Shown one piece after another: positions 35,901 to 42,900 of a DNA stretch of 64,000 nt. The stretch is from NCBI GenBank assembly GCA_045603085.1, contig JAZULL010000132.1, positions 10,575 to 74,574 on the forward strand, given 5' to 3'. This stretch comes from Eubacteriales bacterium. Lineage in GTDB: Bacteria > Bacillota > Clostridia > Oscillospirales > CAG-272. Each line of letters opens with the position of its first letter. Position 1 is the first letter of the stretch. The notes beneath the pieces are model-generated. The model saw only the letters and a list, made by a program, of their open reading frames with translations, did not search any database and had not been told where the DNA came from. The position numbers were made by a program, and so were the translations under genes.

Positions 35901-37606
35901 GGAATGGTCATGGTGTCGGTGATTGCCATTTGGTAGTTCACCGTTCCCTCGGTCTTGGCAGACAGACCGATCTGACCGCTAAGCCCGATGAATCCCGAAC
36001 CGACGTCACTCATGGTCAGCTGAATCGAAATATCTCTCGTTCCATTTCCGCTGTAAAGCGATGCGCTGACCGAAGGGGCTGTTGCATCAAGATATATCTT
36101 TTGCGCCGAGGTCTTGACGTCGCCTGTGATGTAGTTCCAAGAGGTATCTGCATAGGTTCCGCTCATTCCGATAACCCGGATCGGGTTGTTTTCATGTCCC
36201 GGTGCCATGGTCATACCGGCACTTACCGTAAACGGACCGTACCGTGCCACGGTGCAGGTATCTCCATTGGCATTGACTGACGTAGAAAGCGTGGGATTGC
36301 TCAGCGTGACGTTCACACCGTTCGCAAGGACGTTGAGCGTAACGCTCCCCACTTGTTTCATCTTTTCTGTGAAATACACGTCAAAGTAAAGGAAGTCGCC
36401 ATCCGTTCCCGCCCAAACCGAGGAAAAGTCGGTCAGCTCCGGCCAACTCTCCTTATCGGTTTCATTGAGCTTGGGGCTCATGCTGCCAGTCATAGTAATT
36501 TTTTCAATTTCGGGCGATTTGTTGTCTATAAGGATATTGTAGTCTATGAGATCCCACTTATTGGGAAGCGTCAGCGCATTACCCGCAAGGTCGGTCACGG
36601 GTGCCCTGCCCTCAACAGCGTCTATAAATCTGAGCGGATTGTCCTCATAAACCAGCGTATGCTGATCGGTGTATTTGTCATAGGCTACACTGTAAGCGTA
36701 GACCTGACCGATTCCGAACACGTCGAACGTTTCGTCGTCTGCTCCGTTTGAAGAACCGACAATGGCAAGAACCAGATATTCCCCTTCCTCGGGAGCTGCG
36801 CCGCCCGAGATCCGGAAGGTCATGCGGTTATTCTCAAAGGATTCTGCGCGATAGGTGAGCCGACCGACCTCCACACCGCTGTTGGCTTTTGCATACGAAA
36901 GGGTCACGGTGTATTCGTCAAGAGAGATCTCTCCGTTGGCAGGACGAAGGGTTTCACTGAAGGTCAGCGTAAAGGATGAAAAGTCATCCATCTCGATCCC
37001 CGTGATCCCGGGCTTTTTGTTATCAATCGCTACCGCATAGGGCGTGGACAGATTGGCTTGGGTCTGGAGCTTATCAACCTTGTAATAATCCACGTCCATG
37101 TATCCCTTTTTCACAGTTCCAAGAGACGCACCGTCTCTGTCAAGTGCCTGCATCGAGCCACCGCTGTAGGAAATCGCGCCAATTCTCATCACGGTTTCAC
37201 TGCTGAAAACACCGTAGTATCGGCTGCCGTAGTAATCCCACGTGCCCGTGCCCTCATACACGACCTTGGTTCCCGTGATCATGTTGTATATGCCACCGTG
37301 GGCATATCCCCAAGCCATCTGGGTGTGGGGGTGCTCATTTGTTCTGAACAGCGGGCCGATGCTCATCGTCGTGGATGTACGTGCATACTCGTACTTGATC
37401 CATTCCGCCTTGAGCTCGTTATAGATCTCGTCGTTGTAAACCGGAGCGACCGTATAATCTCTCAGATCGATGGTGGAGGTATAGGGCTCCTCTTCCGCCC
37501 GAACCTCAATCACCGCTGTATCAAAAACGATCTGCGGCGCCAGTGGCAAAAGCACCGCGAGCGTCAGAAGCAGTGCCGCCAGCTTCTTGAATATGGTTTT
37601 GTTCAT
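29993..37606 (-). CDS. giant secreted protein (2537 aa) with many Ig-like domain boundaries
   Basis: I trimmed the start to MNKTIFKKLAALLLTLAVLLPLAP (signal peptide). The motif D-x-x-[AKSP]-P-x-[IV] recurs (DNKKPGITGI, DNKSPEIEKI, DATAPSVSAS, DETPPKVSDL, DTRAPSVQIV, DNDAPILLSR, DRDAPEITVS, DQVAPKMQLV), as at the starts of bacterial Ig-like domains. There is no anchor motif. Confidence 0.85.
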   Translation of the reverse strand: MNKTIFKKLAALLLTLAVLLPLAPQIVFDTAVIEVRAEEEPYTSTIDLRDYTVAPVYNDEIYNELKAEWIKYEYARTSTTMSIGPLFRTNEHPHTQMAWGYAHGGIYNMITGTKVVYEGTGTWDYYGSRYYGVFSSETVMRIGAISYSGGSMQALDRDGASLGTVKKGYMDVDYYKVDKLQTQANLSTPYAVAIDNKKPGITGIEMDDFSSFTLTFSETLRPANGEISLDEYTVTLSYAKANSGVEVGRLTYRAESFENNRMTFRISGGAAPEEGEYLVLAIVGSSNGADDETFDVFGIGQVYAYSVAYDKYTDQHTLVYEDNPLRFIDAVEGRAPVTDLAGNALTLPNKWDLIDYNILIDNKSPEIEKITMTGSMSPKLNETDKESWPELTDFSSVWAGTDGDFLYFDVYFTEKMKQVGSVTLNVLANGVNVTLSNPTLSTSVNANGDTCTVARYGPFTVSAGMTMAPGHENNPIRVIGMSGTYADTSWNYITGDVKTSAQKIYLDATAPSVSASLYSGNGTRDISIQLTMSDVGSGFIGLSGQIGLSAKTEGTVNYQMAITDTMTIPDDSAYTYSGAFRANEVSWQTIPLYSGTRYIHIKLVGEASSITVDELKVEYSLPDWAGNRNTTDASRVEPGYTYDETPPKVSDLSASVHYTNTGAYVTAQWSASDFSGDDGITTYYQWRETKPADYSAGWMSAGKQAEGFAWLLPEEGYPAFDSETDTTLTLWVYAVDKSGNKSEMASKTVQVLLDKPNYSANLKGDPAVPTKEPSLNLSVAQGLSADKDGYLRAFVSFVSPEGKDDAYSYTYVFILSSADLEAAQSIDVFPLTQSGISSRDVYRVVMGTDENDNATFTSVSTLTMQSFDDLLAGWYGDVRVTFDLAYDDNATVADNVLIPQNGLLSAQVTDGSYIQAEDEIVFLVSCDIQNVFEVEFFNFADAQGESFEGNKMFYQTLAGVSFDLTLQNTYWPELGVRDVDENDTFVSIVKVNADGSLGQPVITIPWSMAVLQRLTIPRVELSTGVYTVQVTVAMKDGQVMTVTAAERLVLDNTVVRAGVTETYITPNIPISSHSSMPSLIRFDENGKPYLAEGQSVNSALNLYDTSTFVIRNTATDGYIEHMTVSMAGQSETIRTGTYTNEVGGVLNFGFSVTAESAEQTLQGFTVGKIAAIYVWNPAIHQSREQGLVTTDGYVFTFHSENAIDHDTWTYDEITGIGKSTLNKNADGIYTMARLIGLTDGNNVICYQVVMENGLESPVEQFTVYANTETPSAGLDTDVLEEKLNLSAEGEPINIAGADISLQNVFTSAGIVGTYYLTKDAMGLLTYTEGDDGSLVEQYQEYKYTRSNTLNDLNSGYYPQWTYRDFVMYNASYGYCYDANGNQVSDTRHRLYYQSSVYYYNLYSVEPDAIIRLKGDDSRTYMTSADGGTDECVTYKMGNNMEAANGAFMIITDSGACVLVFPQFAPTEDAYAQPVVEGYQPKYRLTDKQVEFKGEFQIGPCYNIGNGTLDMYASISNGVYVDRSVSYVIFTDAYGNEIERFYLEGYYSGTNAVGYSMGMISTSGGNQVEIEMINPLADGINHQIGDRVESVWAQLVLYDANTGRELRSNVLEVTHPDRTYEDPVPEPYWLDDYDGLRLNWNTSVYVQGGTSANFNHKLNIFQDGDHQITVTDRFGLTQTVTVTTTHFAKFQSPIVQIDNTEKTTQPVTVTVTVPDGAAYDSVWVSGGGDDVIIEGSGTSTVTVIFKASTSVEIYWDLTPDVSDAYMGYYLEIDNIHPADLAVRWDYGENPEDYVYGDVIAYVYDKNGNWDIIDPMTGKAPTYTFVYGSGVTEYTFPTLRIDALSGEDGYCDLGAFTIALEVELKELPPPPMIEIDTRAPSVQIVPYAMRNQEAVPRESYLVYEDLEQRMQSGDENYIDLLNPSLLPYEGYAAYTDAAEFAEALGWASRYRFNIEVQDLNKTRIIIKNGLYASAPESYYTASSDVVENVSLLGNTLEVTGPAQFTIFVIDEMGNVTAFRMNLYNVGNAPVPTYTKMPATVGDDHAIRVDLTVPADGTDLRITAVDGVPATEAIFTKNGIYTISYSYLYQGEPVDEQLKIEIIEVDNDAPILLSRRWSVQAGTSTRGEVTVTLTFSKPIDLVQTTLGAAELPDSVTVKAVGNTVTVRYSDNYRDLELLFRGINGKWSEVITLGAVTNIDRDAPEITVSDPVYSTDGRKATVSLTSDEKVSFRESSSVSTAFTRTFDQNGAYEYVFVDAAGNAATVTVNITGIVDTAPTFSFSKNADGSEAVATPDALGEVAIGDIFYVSVDRAATVSFNGESYAVDAHEWLGLAVGDKSGGSIYARDAYGNVSGAVFTSIDYPDQVAPKMQLVMYTVYASMLDLSDLEARILANCAAVDDRDGNVQVHVAYEIPTEAGAYPVTYTATDAAGNKSEITGMLQVYQTVLPGVAIDGNVVERESIYLAESQDALNLRVDMQGEPYELTWLSGIRTAAQMKTHATELELVDDEILLPFAGQSGYYTILITTQSHDQYRITIYIK

Positions 37607-37631
37607 AGTGGGTTTCCTTTCATTATGTAAA

Positions 37632-37943
37632 TCATGCTGTCGTCTTTCTGTTCTGCTCACACATGCAAATGCCAATCAGGTCGTCGCCGTGGCAATAATG
37701 TGCGCAATCCACACAACAGCCCTCTATGAAGCGACTGGTACCGTATCGGCACAGCTCCTGCATCTGTGTTACGAAGGGGCGACCGTCGTCTGTGTACAGA
37801 GGGTTTAACTTGAAATCGGGATAAATGGGTATCGGAGCGCCTTGGGCTCTTTCAAATTCCTCGTAGTACCCGTACCGCAATTCGAATTGCTTTCCAAACA
37901 CCGTCAACATCTTAAAAACGTCGCCGTCTCTTATCTGATTCAT
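37632..37943 (-). CDS. small Cys/His-rich protein (103 aa), first gene of the giant-protein operon
   Basis: GGAGA RBS. The C-terminus reads CRYGTSRFIEGCCVDCAHYCHGDDLIGICMC. The stop is 25 nt before the 2537-aa gene. Confidence 0.6.
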   Translation of the reverse strand: MNQIRDGDVFKMLTVFGKQFELRYGYYEEFERAQGAPIPIYPDFKLNPLYTDDGRPFVTQMQELCRYGTSRFIEGCCVDCAHYCHGDDLIGICMCEQNRKTTA

Positions 37944-37969
37944 TCTTCATCGTCTCCTTTCGGGGGCAA

Positions 37970-38010
37970 GAAAAAATCCTGCATACTTTTCTTTAACAGT
38001 ATACAGGATT
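37970..38010 (-). terminator. intrinsic terminator after the LuxR-type gene
   Basis: AATCCTGTATAC...GTATGCAGGATT followed by TTTTTT on the minus strand. Confidence 0.7.
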
Positions 38011-38078
38011 TATATGTGATTTTGTACCACCCAATGCAGCAAATAAAGCACATTTATTTTTATACCTTACAGGGGGGA

Positions 38079-39299
38079 TTATAGGATGCTTGGGAATTCC
38101 GACCTGTCCTTTACGCCGGTTTTTTGGACGACTCGAAGTACGGTCTGCTTTACCGTGGATTCGGATATGTAGAGCATCGCTGCAATCTCCTTGGAAGTAA
38201 AACCAAAGGTTGCCAGCTTTGCCACTTCCCTTTCTCTGGCTGTCAGGTTTATTGCAATATTTCGGTTACGCACGATACCGCTGAGCTTTGACCAGCCAAC
38301 GTTATAAGTTCTGTACAGCTCCAGCACGCGATCAACCGCCCCGGGATCTTGAAGCGCGATTCGCTCTTCCAACAGTCCGTCGAAGTGACGGACGTATTCG
38401 GCAAGCACACCGAAAAAACGGTCAGCTAACGCCAAGCTGATTGCTCTATCCATGTGTCGTATCGCGGATTCATTGTCTCCGCCATTGTGATAGGAGACGG
38501 CGCAGGATAGTCTTAAAAACATTTCCGGAAGAATCGTTTCGTCTACAACCGCTTGTGAGATCATCGGCTCAACGGTATATGGCATCATTCTCATCATAGC
38601 CAAGCCGTGAACCCCCTCGAACTCAAGCTGTTTTGCAGCGATTGAATATGCTTTCATATACAAGTATTTGGTGTAAAAGACCTTTGCGGCAGGATGCGCC
38701 TCAGGCGGCAAGGGTTCAAAGCAGCCCGTAGTAAACCATGAGGGAAAATCCTTATTATCATAAAGTGAGCTGTCTGCAATAGCAAGCGAAAGCGAGATGA
38801 TCTCTCTTTGCGTTTCGCTCTCACAAGGAGCTTCAAAGATGTGTCTTTTGGCTTCCTTCCACAGCTCATAGTCGCCTCTCCAGATGGCACATTGTGCCAG
38901 CAGCATACCGCCACCCAAAATAGCATAAAATCCGGAATGTGCTGATAAAAAATATCTTGCGCGGTCATATACCTTATCAATTTCTCCCCGTCGATATGCG
39001 ATCTGCGCTTCAAAAAGCGTCATCGCCTCCGGATTGTTCTCCAACATTGCGACACAACCGTCCGCATTCCCAACCTGATTGTATAGATCGGTCATATCAA
39101 GGAAGGGGCTTTTTCTGGGCATAGGCATATGAGGAACCTCCCCCTTTGCGGCACTGGGCAATACCGCATGTGCCGGGATCATCCAGGTGCGTTCCCATCT
39201 CACAGCACCCTTGATCTTCCCTTCCTTGCAAAGTCCTTGCACTCTGCGAGGGGTCACACCCCATTTTTCCGCTGCTTGCTTTACCGTGATCAGATCCAT
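38079..39299 (-). CDS. transcriptional regulator with N-terminal MerR/excisionase-type HTH and C-terminal LuxR/GerE HTH
   Basis: The N-terminus is MDLITVKQAAEKWGVTPRRVQGLCKEGKIKGA. The C-terminus is LTAREREVAKLATFGFTSKEIAAMLYISESTVKQTVLRVVQKTG. I trimmed the start to the ATG at 39299, which has a GGAG RBS. Confidence 0.8.
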   Translation of the reverse strand: MDLITVKQAAEKWGVTPRRVQGLCKEGKIKGAVRWERTWMIPAHAVLPSAAKGEVPHMPMPRKSPFLDMTDLYNQVGNADGCVAMLENNPEAMTLFEAQIAYRRGEIDKVYDRARYFLSAHSGFYAILGGGMLLAQCAIWRGDYELWKEAKRHIFEAPCESETQREIISLSLAIADSSLYDNKDFPSWFTTGCFEPLPPEAHPAAKVFYTKYLYMKAYSIAAKQLEFEGVHGLAMMRMMPYTVEPMISQAVVDETILPEMFLRLSCAVSYHNGGDNESAIRHMDRAISLALADRFFGVLAEYVRHFDGLLEERIALQDPGAVDRVLELYRTYNVGWSKLSGIVRNRNIAINLTAREREVAKLATFGFTSKEIAAMLYISESTVKQTVLRVVQKTGVKDRSEFPSIL

Positions 39300-39360
39300 A
39301 AATTCTCCTTTATCATATATGTACATATATGCTTAAACTACATTGTACGCATACCGCCGC

Positions 39361-39439
39361 TTCGTTTGAACGAATTTTGTTTACGTCGATTTTTCGTTCT
39401 AACGAAACTCCTGCTTCTATTATACTTCGTTCTAACGAA
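39361..39439. promoter_or_regulatory. three phased 14-bp palindromic operators TTCGTT-NN-AACGAA
   Basis: Perfect copies lie at 39361-39374, 39393-39406 and 39426-39439, spaced 32-33 bp apart. Copy 1 overlaps a putative -35 (TTCAAA-17-TACAAT) for the regulator gene. Confidence 0.65.
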
Positions 39440-39493
39440 ATTGTCAACACTTTTGGGGAAAATAATGCCATCATTTTTGTATTTACGATAGAA

Positions 39494-39527
39494 GGTGTCA
39501 CCGGTTCAAGTCCAGTAGGGGGAGCCA
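39494..39527 (+). other. tRNA 3'-end remnant (T-arm, acceptor 3' strand, CCA), putative att-site scar
   Basis: ACCGG-TTCAAGT-CCAGT-AGGGGGA-G-CCA. No complementary 5' acceptor strand (TCCCCCT) exists upstream, so this is not an intact tRNA. It sits at the GC-to-AT compositional break. Confidence 0.55.
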
Positions 39528-39530
39528 ACG

Positions 39531-39554
39531 AAAAAAGCAGGCCGAGTGGCCTGC
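39531..39554 (-). terminator. intrinsic terminator (minus-strand orientation)
   Basis: GCAGGCC-actc-GGCCTGC followed by TTTTTT on the minus strand. Confidence 0.65.
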
Positions 39555-39620
39555 TTCGTTGTGCTCGTAGGACAAAATTGCAACTCAAGCGATATAATGT
39601 TATTCTTAAAAAGAGACTTC

Positions 39621-39690
39621 TATAAAGGCTTTTAGAAACCAAAAATACCTGGCATCTAAACTACAACAGTTCGGATCACAAGGTCTTTTC
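39621..39690 (-). repeat. cassette-boundary repeat, copy A (short form, hairpin-terminator core)
   Basis: TATAAAGGCTTTTAGAAACCAAAAATACCTGGCATCTAAACTACAACAGTTCGGATCACAAGGTCTTTTC aligns with copies B and C. It lies immediately 3' of the RloC-like gene. Confidence 0.7.
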
Positions 39691-39702
39691 CAAATACGAT
39701 TA

Positions 39703-42270
39703 CTAGACACCCATGCGTTTGTTGTATTCTGTCACCCAAACGCGAAAAGCTTCTACATCTTTTTTGAAATCTTCAATATCTACAATGACCGGAGCTGAAT
39801 CCTGAGGTTGAGAGTGCTCAAAATATGAATACTTCGTCATCATACTTTCGATAATCTCGCAATCTTCAACCCTGATATTAGCTAGTTTTTTGATGATTCC
39901 TTGCGTTCTTATTTGCTTATCAAATCTTTGAACAGATTTTAGAATCAAAACATCTTCCACAGAACGTTCAACCAGTATTCTAAATCTTTTGTATTCGGTG
40001 TCTATAGCATGTTGATATTCTTCAGAATCTTCATCTTTTTTCTTAATTTGAGCTATTGCATCCAAAATGCCACTCAACTGACTTTTTATTTTTCCATGAT
40101 ATAAATCCTCAAAATCTGGAAGTCCCTTGTATTTTGAACCCGCACGAATGTGGCACTCTTTAAAAGCAACTGACATTTCCTTACAACATGTCGAAAGGCC
40201 AACCAATAAAGAAATCCTATGCGTAAATACAATGACCTGTCGTGTTTGAGACATTTCAACAATTCTTTTGGTCGCATATTCTTCGTAATTGCAATCAAGC
40301 GATGATATAGGATCGTCAATGATAACAGGACTCAAGGCATCTCGTCCTGTAGCATCAGCAAAAAAAGCCGCTAAAGCTACAATTCTTTGCTCACCTTCGC
40401 TCAGAATGTCCTCAGGTTTTGCGCTTGTTTCATCAGTAATAAGCTTTATTCTGTAAGGCGACTTACCTTTCGTAGATGGCGCTTTCTCCAATTGAACCTT
40501 CAACCTGGGAGCCATTCTTTTTAGTTCGGCAGCAAAGCGTTCAATATATGATTCTGTGATCAGTATATCTGCTAGTTCATTGCTTTGACTGGTTATTTTA
40601 TTCGTTTTTACTAAAGTTAGTGAATCATCTAAAACTTTCATTTCAGATTTGTTAGAGATCACCCTTTTTATATTCTCTTGATTGTCTGCAATCCATTTAT
40701 GACACTCTAAGCATTCAAGTTCGCTACGTAAAATCTCTTGCGCCCCATCCTTTAAAGTATCTGTAAGATTTTTATACTCTTTTTCAAGATAGCACTTAAC
40801 AGAAACGAGTTCTTTTACGGCTGTGTCAACATCAATTTTTTGCAAAGAAATATAGCATTCTTCAGCTGTTTTTATATCTGAAAATTCTATACTCTTTTTA
40901 TAAAAATCAAATGTAGCATTGAACGAAAATCCTTCAATGTATTTACCTAGAGCATGCTCCACTCTATTAAAATTGAAATCTCGTTTTGCAAGTAATTTGC
41001 ATAAAGCAAAAAATTTGTTTTCTTTTTTTTCAAGATTTTCACTACATTGCCCATTGACATAATTATCGATAGAAGAAAATCTTTTCAAAGCATCGTCGGA
41101 TAATTGTTGATTGCAAAGAGGACATATTGAACCGCTGCCCGCGTATTCGATTCCAGTCTTGGGCTGAAGAGTTGAAACATAATACTGTTTGGCATATTTC
41201 CACAGTTCCCTCCAAGCAACCAACTTAACACTGCAATTATCATTTTCGTTTGCAGCTTCGCTAAACATTTTTTGGGATAAACCATACGCCTCTTTTGCTT
41301 CAACGTACTCTTTATACATTTCACAAATATCATGTTTGTTGTATACTGTCTGTGCAGTCACGAGATCTTCTAAAATTTGAGTAACTTCGCCGAGTCGTTC
41401 ACTTATTGTTTTGATTTTCTGATCAATAAACTCACGGTTTAATACTGCCGAAATTTCAGATAATCTATTTTCTTGTTGCTCTGTCCAATTCAAATACTTA
41501 TCATCAAACACGGTATTGCTTTCAATGCTTTTTACCCACTGTATGTTTGAATACGACCCAATTGAAGAAGGCACTTGTATAGTAATCTTTTCGAGAGCTT
41601 TTTTTCGAGATAAAATTTTAGCTTTTATTCTTTCAGCTATATTTGCTAATTCAGTTAATACAGAAAACACAAAAGGCTCGTAAGAAACCTTGTTAGATGA
41701 TGTAACGTATGCTCCAGATATTTTAGTATCGAATACATCGCAAGATGTGAGTGCCGGGTGCTTTTCTTCCTTCGACAAATCGCAAGTTATAGTTTTGGTT
41801 TCTCCGTTTTGCGAAACTTCAATTTTGCATGTCGGTTTTCCCGAACCACTTTTTTCAAACACATTTGCTTGTATAAGATCCGCATACGGTGTTCCGCTTA
41901 CTCTTTTAAACATTCGCATAAAGCTCGATTTACCTGTGCCATTAGCTCCATATACAACCGTTACGCCTTTTTCCGCAAAAGAAAGCTGAGCTTTCGAATC
42001 AAGGGCGTTTACACCACATATATCAAATATTTTAAGTATAGATAACTGTTCTAAAACCGTGCTTGGCAAGGTTTCTTGGCTTTTAAGTTCTTTATAATCA
42101 ACGATTTCTTTTTTTGTTTGCTTAATGCACATATCTGCATATGCTTCAATTTGTGCATCCTCGATAGGTTGGGAGTTGTATATTCTCCATACAGCATCCC
42201 TAAGCCAGTACGGTTGATTATGCATCCATTTTTCAAACTTACCATACATTGCATTTGCACTCTCAGTCAT
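39703..42270 (-). CDS. RloC/PrrC-like AAA_13 ABC-type ATPase with coiled-coil CxxC hook (candidate anticodon nuclease / abortive-infection protein)
   Basis: - Walker A: YGANGTGKSSF.
- CxxC motif mid-protein, within a long helical region: GSICPLCNQQL.
- Signature-like: SEGEQRIVALAAFFA.
- Walker B: VIIDDPISSLD.
- H-loop: VIVFTHR.
- C-terminal R-x-x-x-E (RILVE) plus FEHSQ, reminiscent of the PrrC nuclease triad.
- Start trimmed to the ATG at 42270, which has a GGAG RBS. Confidence 0.65.
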   Translation of the reverse strand: MTESANAMYGKFEKWMHNQPYWLRDAVWRIYNSQPIEDAQIEAYADMCIKQTKKEIVDYKELKSQETLPSTVLEQLSILKIFDICGVNALDSKAQLSFAEKGVTVVYGANGTGKSSFMRMFKRVSGTPYADLIQANVFEKSGSGKPTCKIEVSQNGETKTITCDLSKEEKHPALTSCDVFDTKISGAYVTSSNKVSYEPFVFSVLTELANIAERIKAKILSRKKALEKITIQVPSSIGSYSNIQWVKSIESNTVFDDKYLNWTEQQENRLSEISAVLNREFIDQKIKTISERLGEVTQILEDLVTAQTVYNKHDICEMYKEYVEAKEAYGLSQKMFSEAANENDNCSVKLVAWRELWKYAKQYYVSTLQPKTGIEYAGSGSICPLCNQQLSDDALKRFSSIDNYVNGQCSENLEKKENKFFALCKLLAKRDFNFNRVEHALGKYIEGFSFNATFDFYKKSIEFSDIKTAEECYISLQKIDVDTAVKELVSVKCYLEKEYKNLTDTLKDGAQEILRSELECLECHKWIADNQENIKRVISNKSEMKVLDDSLTLVKTNKITSQSNELADILITESYIERFAAELKRMAPRLKVQLEKAPSTKGKSPYRIKLITDETSAKPEDILSEGEQRIVALAAFFADATGRDALSPVIIDDPISSLDCNYEEYATKRIVEMSQTRQVIVFTHRISLLVGLSTCCKEMSVAFKECHIRAGSKYKGLPDFEDLYHGKIKSQLSGILDAIAQIKKKDEDSEEYQHAIDTEYKRFRILVERSVEDVLILKSVQRFDKQIRTQGIIKKLANIRVEDCEIIESMMTKYSYFEHSQPQDSAPVIVDIEDFKKDVEAFRVWVTEYNKRMGV

Positions 42271-42666
42271 TTTCTCCACTCCTTCACAAAACGTTCTGCT
42301 CGTTAATTAATTATAGCACTATTTAAGCGTAAATTCAATCAATTTTACAAAAAAAACACGTTTCTCGCGGCACTACTAACTAGTTGTGTGAGTGGATTTA
42401 TCCTCTATTTTACAGAATGCATTTACTACAATCTTCCCGTATATACCATTAGATTTTTACTTTCTTACATTTGGAGGCGTTATTAGAAAAACCACACCTG
42501 CCAAAAACGAATGAAAAGTGATAGAATCTATCCGAGCCTATCTTCTCACTTTTTAGTTAACGTTTCAATTGTGATTCTAATACCGAGTTTGATTGCGTAG
42601 CAGAATATTACACAATCACCATGACTTGCATACTTGCTCCAGCTTTCCCAAAGAAACGCTGTCCCC

Positions 42667-42858
42667 AAATCCTGAACAGCTTGATTCATATAATTGAAGA
42701 TGTTTTTATTTGCAAATCGATTTTGAGTAATTTTCAAAATTTTTTATTGGACACATCCATTGGCAGAATCCGTGAAAAAACATTGAAATATAAGGCTTTC
42801 GGGCACAAAAAAAGACCTTGCATCTAAACCGTAATGGTTCGGATTACAAGGTCTTTTC
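42667..42858 (-). repeat. cassette-boundary repeat, copy B (about 190 bp)
   Basis: Aligns over its full length with 46978-47167, including the hairpin AGACCTTG...CAAGGTCT plus T-run (minus strand) and the start of a mini-ORF (MNQAVQDL...). Confidence 0.75.
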
Positions 42859-42900
42859 ATTTTTCTGGCTCCCCATTATCAACCTAAATTGAACTGAACA

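Noticed and set aside
42546-42737. 63-aa ORF (or 47 aa from MNQAVQDL) inside repeat copy B
   Set aside because: The conserved part is only the first roughly 15 codons shared with the truncated copy C. I treated it as part of the repeat module (a possible gene 5' fragment), not as a confident gene.
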